Shown here piece by piece: positions 53,071 to 62,631 of a stretch of DNA of 64,000 nucleotides. The notes beneath the pieces were generated by a model, which was not told where the DNA came from, did no database searches, and saw only the letters and a program-made list of their open reading frames with translations. The stretch spans positions 173 to 64,172 of the forward strand of contig JANNFB010000026.1 in NCBI GenBank assembly GCA_031379365.1, written 5' to 3'. The translations under genes were made by a program, and so were the position numbers. Source of the stretch: Burkholderiales bacterium. GTDB lineage: Bacteria > Pseudomonadota > Gammaproteobacteria > Burkholderiales > Burkholderiaceae_C. Numbering within the stretch: the first letter of the stretch is position 1; the number at the start of each line of letters is the position of its first letter.

Positions 53071-55383
53071 TCACGGCGTGGTCGTGAAACCGATCGAGCG
53101 CCGCTCGCGCACGCCGGGCTTGACGCGGTGCTCGCTCTCCAACTGCGCCAGGAAGGCATCGGGTTCGAAATCGGCGCCGAGGATCTCGACCTGGCGCTTG
53201 ACCGACGCGAAGTCACCCGGCGCGAGCTGGTCGAGCAGCGCCAGCCGCTGGCGCTGTTCTGCCGTCAACAACAGTGCCTCGCCGCCCAACGCCTCTGCCA
53301 CGAACATGGCCAGGCGCTGCGCCGCCTGCAGCGGCTTGAAGCGGACCTTGAAGGTGAAGCGGCGCAAGGCCGCCTCGTCGAGCGCATCGAACAGATTGGT
53401 GGTGCAGATGAACAGGCCGGCGAAGCGCTCCATGCCCTGCAGCATTTCGTTGACTTCGCTGACCTCGTAGCTGCGCTCGGCGCGCTGGCGGCTGCGCAGG
53501 AAGCTGTCGGCCTCGTCGAGCAGCAGCACCGCCCCTTCCGTCTGCGCCTCCTCGAACATCTTGGCCATGTTCTGCTCGGTCTCGCCGACGAACTTGCTCA
53601 TCAGGTCGCTCGCCTGGCGCACCAGCAGCGGCTTGCCCACGGCCTGCGCGATGTGTTCGGCCAGGGCCGTCTTGCCGGTGCCGGGCGGGCCGTGGAAGCA
53701 CAGGGTGCCGTGGCCGCGGCGGCGCAGCGCCTCGACGATGCGCGGGATCTCGAACTGCGATTCGACATTGAGCAGGGCCAAGTCATAGGTCGTGACGACG
53801 CGCCGCGCCTTGGGTCTCAAGTTGTCCTGGCCCAGGGCCTTGTCGGCGTTGCCCAGCTGACGCTCGATGAGGGCCTCGACACCGCAGGCGTTGCCGTCGT
53901 GCACCTGTGCCAAAGAGGCAAAACGCACCGCGGTACGGATCTGCGCCGGCGTCAGGCCGCGCCGCTCAGCGAGCTTGGCCGCGAAGCCCTCGCCGACACC
54001 GATGCCCACCAGCGCGCGTGCGACCAGGGCCTCGCGCGCCCCGGGGGGCGGTGACTTGAGTTCGAGGTGGTACTGGAAGCGGCGCCGGAAGGCCGGATCG
54101 ATCTGCTCGATGCGATTGGTGACCCAGATCACCGGCACCGGATTGGTCTCGAGGATCTGATTCACCCAGGCCTTGCCGTTGACACTGGCCGAGGGCGGCG
54201 CATCGCCAGCATCGAGCCGCGAGATCAACTGGGCCGCATCCGCAGAGATCGGTGGGAACACATCCTCGACCTCGTCGAACAGCAGCGCGACCTGGGCGCT
54301 GGCCTTGAGAAACACCTGGCTGATCTGCAATGAGCGGTAGCGGTCGCGCCCGGTCAGCGAGTTGCCATCGCGGTCGGCATACTCGACCTCATACAGCTCG
54401 AGCCCCGCCGCCTGTGCGCAAACCTTGGCCAGCTCGGTCTTGCCAGTGCCCGGCGGGCCGTAGAGCAAGATGTTGACACCGCTGGCCCGCGCGGCCACGG
54501 CGTTCGACAGCAGGGTGGTCAACACCGCCACATCGTCCGCGACGAAGGCGAAGTCGCTGCCGGACAAGCTGCTCTTGGTTGCCGGCCGGGTGAACACCGC
54601 CATCAAGTCGGTCGGTGCCGGGTACTCGCGCATGAGAACCGGCGGCAACTGCTCGCTGACCTTCATCAGATCGGCCAGGTCGGTGATGTTGTGCTCCGAG
54701 ATCAGGTTCTCGACCATGCCGGTACGCTCCAGGCGCGAGCCCGCGCGCAGGGCCTCGGCCACCTCCTGCTCGTTGACGCCGGCCACGGCTGCGATCGCGG
54801 CATAGGCCTCCTGCGCGCTGCCGACCTTGAACTCGACCAGCAGGCCGCGCAACTCGCGTTGGTAGCGCGCCAGGGTGCCGTACAGCAGCAACGCGCGCTC
54901 GGCCGGGTTGAGTTGCAGCAGACCGGCCAGCGCGTCGATGTTCTTCTGCACCAACGTCGACTCTTTCTTCAGGCTCTGCGCCAGCCAGTCTGCGGTGGCG
55001 CCGAGCACCGCCAGCAGGTCCTTGGGCGCGTCCTTGACGAACTCGTCGATGTAGAAGAACAGGGTGCCTTCTTCGTAGGCCCCGCGCCAGACACCGTGGC
55101 GCTGCATGAAGGCCTCGTCGCTCAAGGCCTCATGGCCGCGCCATTGGTCATTGCCCTTGCAGCGACGGCTGAGAAACTCACGCAGGCGATGCAGCGCGGT
55201 GCTCGGCCATGCGAGGTGGCGCCCGGTGAGCGACAGCAGGCTGGCCCAGTCGCGGCGCAGGTTGAAGCGCGCCGCATTGCGCAGTGTGAGGGCCAGCACG
55301 AACTGCGAGCACATGCGGTCGAGCACTGGCGCTTCGCGCAAGCCGGGCGACAACACGATCTGGACTTCAGCGCGACTTCTCAC
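53071..55383 (-). CDS. Tandem AAA+ ATPase (two P-loop modules) with an unknown N-terminal region of about 330 aa
   Basis: Module 1: ILLYGPPGTGKTELAK ... LLFDEVED. Module 2: LCFHGPPGTGKTALAE ... LLLDEADS ... FICTTN. GTG start at 55383, preceded by GGAGG 7 nt upstream. The track start at 55464 is less likely. Confidence 0.8.
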   Translation of the reverse strand: MRSRAEVQIVLSPGLREAPVLDRMCSQFVLALTLRNAARFNLRRDWASLLSLTGRHLAWPSTALHRLREFLSRRCKGNDQWRGHEALSDEAFMQRHGVWRGAYEEGTLFFYIDEFVKDAPKDLLAVLGATADWLAQSLKKESTLVQKNIDALAGLLQLNPAERALLLYGTLARYQRELRGLLVEFKVGSAQEAYAAIAAVAGVNEQEVAEALRAGSRLERTGMVENLISEHNITDLADLMKVSEQLPPVLMREYPAPTDLMAVFTRPATKSSLSGSDFAFVADDVAVLTTLLSNAVAARASGVNILLYGPPGTGKTELAKVCAQAAGLELYEVEYADRDGNSLTGRDRYRSLQISQVFLKASAQVALLFDEVEDVFPPISADAAQLISRLDAGDAPPSASVNGKAWVNQILETNPVPVIWVTNRIEQIDPAFRRRFQYHLELKSPPPGAREALVARALVGIGVGEGFAAKLAERRGLTPAQIRTAVRFASLAQVHDGNACGVEALIERQLGNADKALGQDNLRPKARRVVTTYDLALLNVESQFEIPRIVEALRRRGHGTLCFHGPPGTGKTALAEHIAQAVGKPLLVRQASDLMSKFVGETEQNMAKMFEEAQTEGAVLLLDEADSFLRSRQRAERSYEVSEVNEMLQGMERFAGLFICTTNLFDALDEAALRRFTFKVRFKPLQAAQRLAMFVAEALGGEALLLTAEQRQRLALLDQLAPGDFASVKRQVEILGADFEPDAFLAQLESEHRVKPGVRERRSIGFTTTP

Positions 55384-55485
55384 AGCGCAACCTCCGGCAA
55401 GACAAAGAGCTCCAGATGGCCCCCGGCTCCGCGCCATCTTGGCGCACAGGCGCAGCGGGGGCAAGCCCCGCGCGTCAGCTGGGGC

Positions 55486-55752
55486 TCAGTGCAACACCAA
55501 GGGTTGCTGTGCGAGCGTGGTGTAGCTGCCGATCAGGTCGTCCAGCTCTTCCTCACTCGGACCGGTCTGCGCCAACGCGTCGATGGCGGCCTTGAAGTGC
55601 AAGCCGAGGGCGCCGTCGAGGTAGATCTCCTTGCGCGCGAACTTGTCCACGATCTCGAACCCGCCGCGCGAAGGCGTCGCGTCGCTCGCAGGGCTGCCGC
55701 CGAGGTCGAACTGCACGACGGCGAAACTGTCCGAGTTGTAGAGAATCATCAT
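55486..55752 (-). CDS. Small conserved hypothetical protein (DUF3567-like by recollection)
   Basis: 88 aa: MMILYNSDSFAVVQFDL...GFEIVDKFARKEIYLDGALG... It lies directly upstream of the AAA+ gene. The 182-aa track ORF is an upstream extension. Confidence 0.6.
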   Translation of the reverse strand: MMILYNSDSFAVVQFDLGGSPASDATPSRGGFEIVDKFARKEIYLDGALGLHFKAAIDALAQTGPSEEELDDLIGSYTTLAQQPLVLH

Positions 55753-55825
55753 GCAGGCATCTCCTTGGCACTGAGCCAACCTGAGTGCTGCAACGCGAAA
55801 TTCAAGTGCGCGGATGACACACGGC

Positions 55826-56827
55826 TCAGCGAGCCACGCGCAGCAGCTCGGTGGCGGCGCCGCCCCCGCTGGGCGTTTGCACGGTGCGCAGCGGCATGAA
55901 GTGTTCGGACGGATCGAGCCAAACCTCGACGCGGGTGTCATACAGCTGGCGCGGCTCGCGCACCAGCTTGAGCGCCGGCGTCTGGCCGATCGACTCGGGG
56001 CCCTGGACCACGAAGGTCCAGATGTCACCCCCACCGCGCGCTCCGGCCACGAACAGCAGGATGCTTGCGCCGGCCCCGAAGCGCTCGGGCGCCGCCGCCA
56101 CGATCGCCGGCAGTTGCAGCATCCAGCTCAGGCGGTCCTGGACCCCCGGCAGCAGTGGCAGTTCATGCGTGGGACCAGAGAAAGTGATCTTGCCCGGCTC
56201 GCGCTGAAAGTTCGCAGCCTGGCTGTCGCGGCCGCGCCGGCGCACGGCAAAACGGTCGGGCGCGATGCCGGCCGCATCGATCTGTCCCTGGCTGGCCCAG
56301 TCCATCAAGGTCACGCCTGCGACCCGGCCCTGCAGTTGCAAGGCATAGCCCCCAGCGCCGGTCGGCGCCCAGTCCAGCTCGGCCTCGCCGACCATCAAGC
56401 CGCGCTGCAGGCGGTAGTGCCAGCGGCCTGCGGGCACCAGCTGAGTCGGGTAGACAGGAACCTGAAGCGCCGATGACACCGGCTCGGCAACAAGTTCCGC
56501 TACAGCCTCGGCAGGGGTCACGGGTGGCGCCACGTCGGCGGCGCGCGCCGGGCCGAGCGGCGGCGCGCCGAGCCTCGGCGGCGGGGCCGCGCTTCGCGTT
56601 GGCGTTCGCGCCGGCGCGGCCATCGCATCGACGGTCGCCGGCGGTGGTGCCCCTGTGATTGCCCCGGGCGCGACACTTCGCACTTGCAAGCGCACCACCG
56701 TGGCCGGCGCGTCGTCCGGGTCCAGCCACAGCGGGCCGATGACGAGCAACGCCAGCGCATGCAGTGCGAGAACGAGCGCGCCGATGGCGCCCAGCACGGC
56801 CCAGCGGCGGCGCTGTACGGTGCTCAC
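55826..56827 (-). CDS. Conserved hypothetical protein: N-terminal anchor, Pro/Ala-rich linker, C-terminal domain (DUF3108-like by recollection)
   Basis: GTG at 56825-56827 gives VSTVQRRRWAVLGAIGALVLALHALALLVIG..., then an Ala/Pro-rich stretch, then ...YRLQRGLMVGEAELDWAP...YDTRVEVWLDPSEHFMPLR. Confidence 0.6.
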   Translation of the reverse strand: MSTVQRRRWAVLGAIGALVLALHALALLVIGPLWLDPDDAPATVVRLQVRSVAPGAITGAPPPATVDAMAAPARTPTRSAAPPPRLGAPPLGPARAADVAPPVTPAEAVAELVAEPVSSALQVPVYPTQLVPAGRWHYRLQRGLMVGEAELDWAPTGAGGYALQLQGRVAGVTLMDWASQGQIDAAGIAPDRFAVRRRGRDSQAANFQREPGKITFSGPTHELPLLPGVQDRLSWMLQLPAIVAAAPERFGAGASILLFVAGARGGGDIWTFVVQGPESIGQTPALKLVREPRQLYDTRVEVWLDPSEHFMPLRTVQTPSGGGAATELLRVAR

Positions 56828-56868
56828 CGGGTCGCCTTGCCCGCGGTAAATCGCATCACAATAACGCC

Positions 56869-57852
56869 ATGAAACTAGCCACCTACAAAGACGGCTCGCG
56901 CGATGGCCAGCTGGTGGTCGTGTCGCGCGATCTCGCCACCGCGCATTTTGCGACCGGCATCGCCACGCGCCTGCAGCAGGTGCTGGACGATTGGAACTTT
57001 CTCTCGCCACAACTCGAGGATGTGTACGTTACGCTGAACCAGGGCAAGGCGCGCCATGCCTTCGAGTTCGTGCCCGAGATGTGCGCCGCGCCGCTGCCGC
57101 GCGCCTACCAGTGGGCCGACGGTTCGGCCTACCTGAACCATGTCGAGCTGGTGCGCAAGGCGCGCAAAGCCGAGGTGCCCGCGAGCTTTTATGAAGACCC
57201 GCTGATGTACCAGGGCGGCAGTGATGACTTCCTCGGCCCGCGCGACGATGCGCCCTTTGCCGACCCGGCCTGGGGCATCGACTTCGAGTCCGAAGTGGCC
57301 GTGATCACTGGCGACGTGGCCAACGGTGCCACACCCGAACAGGCCCTCGAAGGCATCCGTCTCGTCATGCTGGCCAACGACTGGAGCCTGCGCAACTTGA
57401 TTCCCGGTGAGTTGGCCAAGGGCTTCGGCTTCTTGCAAAGCAAGCCCGCCACCGCCTTCAGCCCGGTGGCGGTGACGCCCGACGAGCTCGGCGAAGCCTG
57501 GCAAGGCGGACGACTGCACCTGCCCTTGAGCTCGCACTGGAACGGCAAACAAGTCGGGCTGTGCGATGCCGGGCCGGAAATGAGCTTCCACTTCGGCCAG
57601 TTAATCGCTCACGTGTGCAAGACCCGACGCGTGCGCGCCGGCTCTGTCATCGGCTCGGGAACGGTCAGCAACAAGGACTGGACCCGGGGCTACAGCTGCA
57701 TTGCTGAGAAGCGTTGCATCGAGACCATCGAAAACGGCGCACCCCAGACGCCCTTCATGCAGTACGGCGACACCATCCGCATCGAGATGAAAGGCCGCGA
57801 CGGCCAATCGATCTTCGGTGCGATCGAGCAGAAAGTCGTGGCCGCTGCCTAG
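56869..57852 (+). CDS. Fumarylacetoacetate hydrolase (FAH) family protein
   Basis: MKLATYKDGSRDGQLVVVSRDL...AYLNHVELVRKA...DFESEVAVITGDV...GSGTVSN... Confidence 0.85.
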   Translation: MKLATYKDGSRDGQLVVVSRDLATAHFATGIATRLQQVLDDWNFLSPQLEDVYVTLNQGKARHAFEFVPEMCAAPLPRAYQWADGSAYLNHVELVRKARKAEVPASFYEDPLMYQGGSDDFLGPRDDAPFADPAWGIDFESEVAVITGDVANGATPEQALEGIRLVMLANDWSLRNLIPGELAKGFGFLQSKPATAFSPVAVTPDELGEAWQGGRLHLPLSSHWNGKQVGLCDAGPEMSFHFGQLIAHVCKTRRVRAGSVIGSGTVSNKDWTRGYSCIAEKRCIETIENGAPQTPFMQYGDTIRIEMKGRDGQSIFGAIEQKVVAAA

Positions 57853-58547
57853 CGCTTCCTGGCCGCGGGCTTCGCAGCAGACTTTGCAGCCGGCGCCACG
57901 GGCGCACTGGGCTGCAAAGCCGCCAGCATGCCAACCAACACGCCGCTGGCCATCGCCGCGTAGCCCTCCGCCAGCGCCTGGGCCGCGCGCATGCCGGCGG
58001 TACGGCTGCCACGCAAGCCTGCCTGCATCTGGCTCGCGAACTGCTCGACCGTGGTCGCCGCCGACGTGCCAGACAAGGTGCCACCGGCTTGCATTTTCTC
58101 GAGCATCTGCTGCCACGGTTGCATCAGCGGGCCCGCCTGGGCCGCGGCCTTTTTCACCGTACCGAGCAAGGTGGCCTCGAATTGGTCCAAGTCGTCGAGG
58201 GCCTTCTTCAGGTGCTTCTCGCGCAGATCGGCGCCGCGATCGACGAACTGCTGCAATGCCGCCCGGTTGGCCTGCACCGCCTTGAGCAGCGCATCGTCCA
58301 TGCCCTGCACCGCCTTGTCGAGCAAGTTGCTCGCGTCGACGCCGGCCACGTTCAGCTGCGCGCCCTGGCTCACTGCCGCTGTCACCGTCTCGAGGGCATT
58401 GCGGATGTTCTTCAGGGTCAACTTGCGCCCCTGCAGCCCGGCCAGCGTGGCCTGTTCGACAGCCTCCCGGAGCTTGGCACCGCCACGCCCGCTGGCGCTC
58501 TCGAACATCGATATCAGCGCATCGGCATCGAAGGCGGGCTGGACCAT
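57849..58547 (-). CDS. Hypothetical Ala/Gln-rich, probably all-helical protein
   Basis: ATG at 58545-58547, preceded by GGAG 7 nt upstream. MVQPAFDADALISMFESASGRGGAKLREAVEQ... with a Lys/Ala-rich C-terminal tail. The track ORF start at 58613 would run into the tRNA gene. Confidence 0.55.
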   Translation of the reverse strand: MVQPAFDADALISMFESASGRGGAKLREAVEQATLAGLQGRKLTLKNIRNALETVTAAVSQGAQLNVAGVDASNLLDKAVQGMDDALLKAVQANRAALQQFVDRGADLREKHLKKALDDLDQFEATLLGTVKKAAAQAGPLMQPWQQMLEKMQAGGTLSGTSAATTVEQFASQMQAGLRGSRTAGMRAAQALAEGYAAMASGVLVGMLAALQPSAPVAPAAKSAAKPAARKR

Positions 58548-58579
58548 GGCGTCGCTCCCAGAAAAAAGACGATCGGGTT

Positions 58580-58656
58580 TGGTAGGCCGTGTTGGACTTG
58601 AACCAACGACCAAAGGATTATGAGTCCTCTGCTCTAACCAACTGAGCTAACGGCCC
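58580..58656 (-). tRNA. tRNA with CAU anticodon. It resembles tRNA-Ile2 (lysidine type) more than elongator tRNA-Met.
   Basis: The reverse complement is GGGCCGTTAGCTCAGTTGGTTAGAGCAGAGGACTCATAATCCTTTGGTCGTTGGTTCAAGTCCAACACGGCCTACCA. It forms a good cloverleaf. The C4-G69/C5-G68 pairs and the TGGTCGTTGGTTCAAGTCCAAC arm resemble E. coli ileX as I recall it. Confidence 0.9.
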
Positions 58657-58728
58657 CTTCGGTCGATTCTAGAGACCCATCGCGCTGCGCCCGCTGATCA
58701 CGCCGAGGGCTGCCCTTGAAGGGCCAGA

Positions 58729-59724
58729 TCACGGCGAGGTGCGACGCACTCTGCGCGCCGGCTCGCTGGCTTTCTGGCGCACCGATGGGCGCACCGACGG
58801 GCGCAAGGGCAAGGGTGCGATTTCGCCGACCAATCGCTCGCCCTCTGCCAGCAAAAACTGCTTGAAGGCCTGGGCGACGGGCGGCAGGCGCTTGTGCCGG
58901 CGCTGCACGACGTACCAGTTCAGCATCAAGGGGAAGCCCTGGACCTCCAGCACCGCCAGGCTGCCGGCGCTCAACTCGCGGCTGACCGTGTGCGCCGACA
59001 GGAAACTCACGCCCATGCCGGCCATCACCGCCTGCTTGATGGTCTCGGTGCTCTTGATCTGCATCGCGATCTTCAGGCGCGCCATGTGGCGACCGAAGCC
59101 GTCGACCATGGACTGCCAGGTGTCGGACCCTTGTTCGCGCACGATGAAGGGCTCACGCAGCAGTCGCGCCATGGGGATCGCTGCCTCGGCGGCCAAAGGG
59201 TGGCTGGCCGCGGCGACGATGACATAGGGATGGGGCGCAAACGCCTGTTGTTCGGTGTCGGCGTCCAGCGGCGGGCGCACCATCACCGCCAGGTCGGTGA
59301 GGTTGTCGTCCAGGTGAGTGAGCAGGTCCGCGCGGTTGTGCACCGACAGGTTCAGGGTGACGCCAGGATGGCGGCCGGCAAAGTCGACCAGCAGTCGCGG
59401 GAAGAAATAGTCGCCCGCGCTGATCACCGCCACGTTGAGCTTGCCGCCCGCCACCCCTTTGAACTGCGTCATGGCCGCCTCGGCCTCGGCGAACTGGCCG
59501 ATGATCAAGCGGCTGTGGTGCAGCAACTCGGTACCGGCGGGCGTGAGAAAGATCTTCTTGCCCAATTGCTCGAACAAGGGCAGGCCGGCATGGCTTTCGA
59601 GCTTGCGGATCTGCGTCGACACCCCGGGCTGCGTCAGGTGCAACTCCTCGGCAGCGCGCGAGTAGCTCAGCAACCGGGCCACGGCCTCGAACACGTTGAG
59701 CTGGCGCAATGTGGCGTGCTTCAT
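58729..59724 (-). CDS. LysR-family transcriptional regulator, CbbR-like
   Basis: MKHATLRQLNVFEAVARLLSYSRAAEELHLTQPGVSTQIRKLE... and ...STETIKQAVMAGMGVSFLSAHTV... closely recall CbbR. I chose the internal ATG of the track ORF as the start. Confidence 0.85.
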   Translation of the reverse strand: MKHATLRQLNVFEAVARLLSYSRAAEELHLTQPGVSTQIRKLESHAGLPLFEQLGKKIFLTPAGTELLHHSRLIIGQFAEAEAAMTQFKGVAGGKLNVAVISAGDYFFPRLLVDFAGRHPGVTLNLSVHNRADLLTHLDDNLTDLAVMVRPPLDADTEQQAFAPHPYVIVAAASHPLAAEAAIPMARLLREPFIVREQGSDTWQSMVDGFGRHMARLKIAMQIKSTETIKQAVMAGMGVSFLSAHTVSRELSAGSLAVLEVQGFPLMLNWYVVQRRHKRLPPVAQAFKQFLLAEGERLVGEIAPLPLRPSVRPSVRQKASEPARRVRRTSP

Positions 59725-59745
59725 CGACGGACAGCCCCTCCATAC

Positions 59746-59761
59746 ATTACCAATGAGTAAT
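59746..59761. promoter_or_regulatory. Candidate LysR-type (T-N11-A-like) operator in the divergent promoter region
   Basis: Perfect inverted repeat ATTAC-CAATGA-GTAAT, 22 nt upstream of the LysR start codon, in an AT-rich spacer. Confidence 0.45.
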
Positions 59762-59860
59762 AGAAACAATCACTTCATTTAATTATCGCTTATTGATGGG
59801 TCCCCCTACCATTCGCTTCGAACTTGATTCAACCGCCACCCAATGCCCAGGAGTCCTGTG

Positions 59861-60184
59861 ATGGCAAACCACCACCCCGCCGAGCACCGCGAAACCGAGC
59901 GCAGCACGTTCAACGCCGCCTTCCACGACCTCGGCCTGCGCTGGCAGTGGTGCAGCGACACCTATGCCAGCCTGGCAACGCAAGCCTGTGAGCGCGAGCG
60001 TGTGCTGGGCTACCTGCAAGCCGAACAAGCCCACCTGCTGCGCGCCTACGATGCCGGCTTCCTGACCGACGCCATCCTGGCCGCCAAGCAGCGCCGTGGC
60101 AGCGTGCAAGGTGCCGACCCGGTGGCCGCGGCAGACTCCCGCTTCGAGTGGCCCGAGACCTGCGCGGGCCAGGTCGGCTTCTAA
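59861..60184 (+). CDS. Small hypothetical protein resembling only the cap region of CbbY-type HAD phosphatases
   Basis: ATG at 59861, preceded by AGGAG 7 nt upstream. ...ETERSTFNAAFHDLGLRWQWCSDTYASLATQACERERVLGYL... compares with CbbY ...DTE..H..AFNAAF...GLDWHWD..LY..LL...GGKERL (recollection). The DxDGT nucleophile motif is absent. Confidence 0.5.
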   Translation: MANHHPAEHRETERSTFNAAFHDLGLRWQWCSDTYASLATQACERERVLGYLQAEQAHLLRAYDAGFLTDAILAAKQRRGSVQGADPVAAADSRFEWPETCAGQVGF

Positions 60185-60309
60185 GCGCCCAAGTGCGCGC
60201 CGGTGGGCGCGGCGAGACAACCTGGGTGCGATGGGCACAATGCCCACCGCACCGACCGGGCCACGCTACACCGCGGGCCCTCCCCAACCCCTGACTGCGA
60301 GTAGCAAGC

Positions 60310-61329
60310 ATGAAGATTGCCATCATCGGCGCCGGTGCGATCGGCGGCATGGTCGGCGCCAAACTGGCGCTGGCCGGCGAAGACGTGACTTTCCTGGTCC
60401 GCGGCGCCAATCTGCAGGCGATCCGCAACCAGGGCATGACCCTGGTGATGCACGACGGCGAGCGGCACGTGGCGCGCAACGTCAAGGCCACCAACGACTA
60501 CGCCGAAGCTGGCGTGCAAGACATGGTGGTGTTGGCCATGAAGGCGCACCAGGTGGAAGCGGTGGCGGGCGAGCTGCCGAAGTTGCTCGGCCCCGAGACA
60601 GTCATCGTGACGATGCAGAACGGGATCCCTTTCTGGTACTTCCACGGCCATGGCGGTGCCCTGGCCGGCTCGGTGGTGACCAGCGTCGATCCGAGCGGCC
60701 TGCTCGCCCGCACCATCCCGGCAGAGCGCATCATCGGCTGTGTGGTCTACCCGGCGTCGGAGCTCACCGCACCGGGCGTCGTCAGGCACATCGAAGGCGA
60801 CCGCTTCCCGGTCGGAGAACTCGACGGCAGCAGTTCGGAGCGGGTCAATCGCGTCTCACAGTGCTTCACGAACGCCGGCTTCAAGGCGCCTGTGCTCGAC
60901 AACATCCGCTCCGAGATCTGGCTCAAGCTGTGGGGCAACCTCACCTTCAACCCGATCAGCAGCCTGACACACGCCACGTTGGTCGACATCTGCCAGTTCC
61001 CGCTGAGCCGCGAGCTGGCCGCCAACATGATGCGCGAGGCGCAGGCCGTCGCGCACAAACTGGGCATCGAGTTCCGCGTCTCGCTGGAGAAGCGCATCGC
61101 CGGCGCCGAAAAGGTCGGCAAGCACAAGACCTCGATGTTGCAGGACGTCGAGGCGGGACGCGATCCGGAGATCGACGCCCTGGTCGGCTCCGTCGTCGAA
61201 CTCGGACGCCTGACGGACACGCCGACGCCGCACATCGACACCGCCTACGCGCTCGTCAAGTTGTTGGCCAAGAACATGAGTGAGCAGCGTGGCCAGGTGC
61301 GCCTGCAAGCCATCGCCCAGGCGGCCTGA
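60310..61329 (+). CDS. 2-dehydropantoate 2-reductase family (PanE/ApbA-like) oxidoreductase
   Basis: MKIAIIGAGAIGGMVGAKLALAG (Rossmann fold), ...NGIPFWYF..., ...HKTSMLQDVEAGR...EIDALVG... Confidence 0.8.
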   Translation: MKIAIIGAGAIGGMVGAKLALAGEDVTFLVRGANLQAIRNQGMTLVMHDGERHVARNVKATNDYAEAGVQDMVVLAMKAHQVEAVAGELPKLLGPETVIVTMQNGIPFWYFHGHGGALAGSVVTSVDPSGLLARTIPAERIIGCVVYPASELTAPGVVRHIEGDRFPVGELDGSSSERVNRVSQCFTNAGFKAPVLDNIRSEIWLKLWGNLTFNPISSLTHATLVDICQFPLSRELAANMMREAQAVAHKLGIEFRVSLEKRIAGAEKVGKHKTSMLQDVEAGRDPEIDALVGSVVELGRLTDTPTPHIDTAYALVKLLAKNMSEQRGQVRLQAIAQAA

Positions 61330-61368
61330 GCGGGCTTAACCCTACAGAGAAGCGGAAACCGACACATC

Positions 61369-62616
61369 ATGAGCAAAGCCCTCGAAGGTTATCGAATCCT
61401 CGACTTCACGCACGTGCAGTCGGGCCCCACCTGCACCCAGCTGTTGGCCTGGTTCGGCGCCGACGTGATCAAGGTCGAACGTGCCGGGGAAGGCGATGCC
61501 ACGCGCGGCCAGCTGCGTGACATCCCCGATGCCGACAGCCTGTACTTCACGATGCTCAACCACAACAAGCGCTCGATCACCATCGACACCAAGAAGCCGC
61601 AGGGCAAGCAGGTGCTGGAGACGCTGATCAAGCAGTGCGACGTGCTGGTCGAGAACTTCGCGCCCGGCGCGCTCGAGCGCATGGGTTTCGGCTGGGAGCG
61701 CATCCACGCGCTGAACCCGCGCATGGTGCTGGCCTCCGTCAAGGGTTTTGGCCCGGGCCAGTACGAGGACTGCAAGGTCTACGAGAACGTGGCCCAGTGC
61801 GCGGGCGGTTCGGCCTCGACGACGGGCTTCGACGACGGCCCGCCGATGGTCACGGGCGCGCAGATCGGCGACAGCGGCACCGGCTTGCATCTGGCACTCG
61901 GCATCCTCGCGGCGCTGCTCCAGCGCGAGCACAGCGGGCGCGGCCAGAAAGTGCTGGCGCCCATGCAGGACGCCGTGCTCAACCTGTGCCGCGTCAAGCT
62001 GCGCGACCAGCAACGCCTGGAGCGCACGCACACCCTGCACGAGTACCCCCAGTACCCCGACGGCAAGTTCGGCGACGCCGTGCCCCGCGCCGGCAATGCC
62101 TCCGGCGGCGGCCAGCCCGGCTCGATCCTGAAGTGCAAAGGCTGGGAAACGGACCCGAACGCGTATATCTACTTCATCACCCAGTCGGGCGTCTGGCCCG
62201 CAGTTTGCGAAGTGATTGGCGAGCCCGATTGGGTTCACGACGAGGCCTACGCCACGCCGCAGGCGCGCTTGCTGCACCTGAAGCCCATCTTTGCGCGCAT
62301 CGAGCAGTGGACGATGACCAAGACCAAGTTCGAGGCCATGGAGATCCTCAACAAGTTCGACATCCCCTGTGGGCCGATCCTGTCGATGAAGGAGATCGCC
62401 GAGGACCCCTCGCTGCGCGCCAGTGGCTCGATCGTCGAGGTCGATCACCCGGTCCGCGGCAAGTACCTGACCGTGGGCAACCCCATCAAGATGTCGGACA
62501 GCCCGACAGAGGTGACGCGTTCGCCGCTGCTGGGCGAGCACACCGAAGAGGTTCTCGCGGAACTCGGCTACACGCCCCTGCAGATATCGACCCTGCGCGA
62601 AGAGCGCGTGATCTGA
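61369..62616 (+). CDS. frc: Formyl-CoA:oxalate CoA-transferase
   Basis: ...[29 protein letters not shown]...[15 protein letters not shown]...[14 protein letters not shown]...ASVKGFG...[19 protein letters not shown]... is near-colinear with the Oxalobacter Frc sequence as I recall it. Confidence 0.85.
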   Translation: MSKALEGYRILDFTHVQSGPTCTQLLAWFGADVIKVERAGEGDATRGQLRDIPDADSLYFTMLNHNKRSITIDTKKPQGKQVLETLIKQCDVLVENFAPGALERMGFGWERIHALNPRMVLASVKGFGPGQYEDCKVYENVAQCAGGSASTTGFDDGPPMVTGAQIGDSGTGLHLALGILAALLQREHSGRGQKVLAPMQDAVLNLCRVKLRDQQRLERTHTLHEYPQYPDGKFGDAVPRAGNASGGGQPGSILKCKGWETDPNAYIYFITQSGVWPAVCEVIGEPDWVHDEAYATPQARLLHLKPIFARIEQWTMTKTKFEAMEILNKFDIPCGPILSMKEIAEDPSLRASGSIVEVDHPVRGKYLTVGNPIKMSDSPTEVTRSPLLGEHTEEVLAELGYTPLQISTLREERVI

Positions 62617-62631
62617 TCGCCGGGCTCCTCA

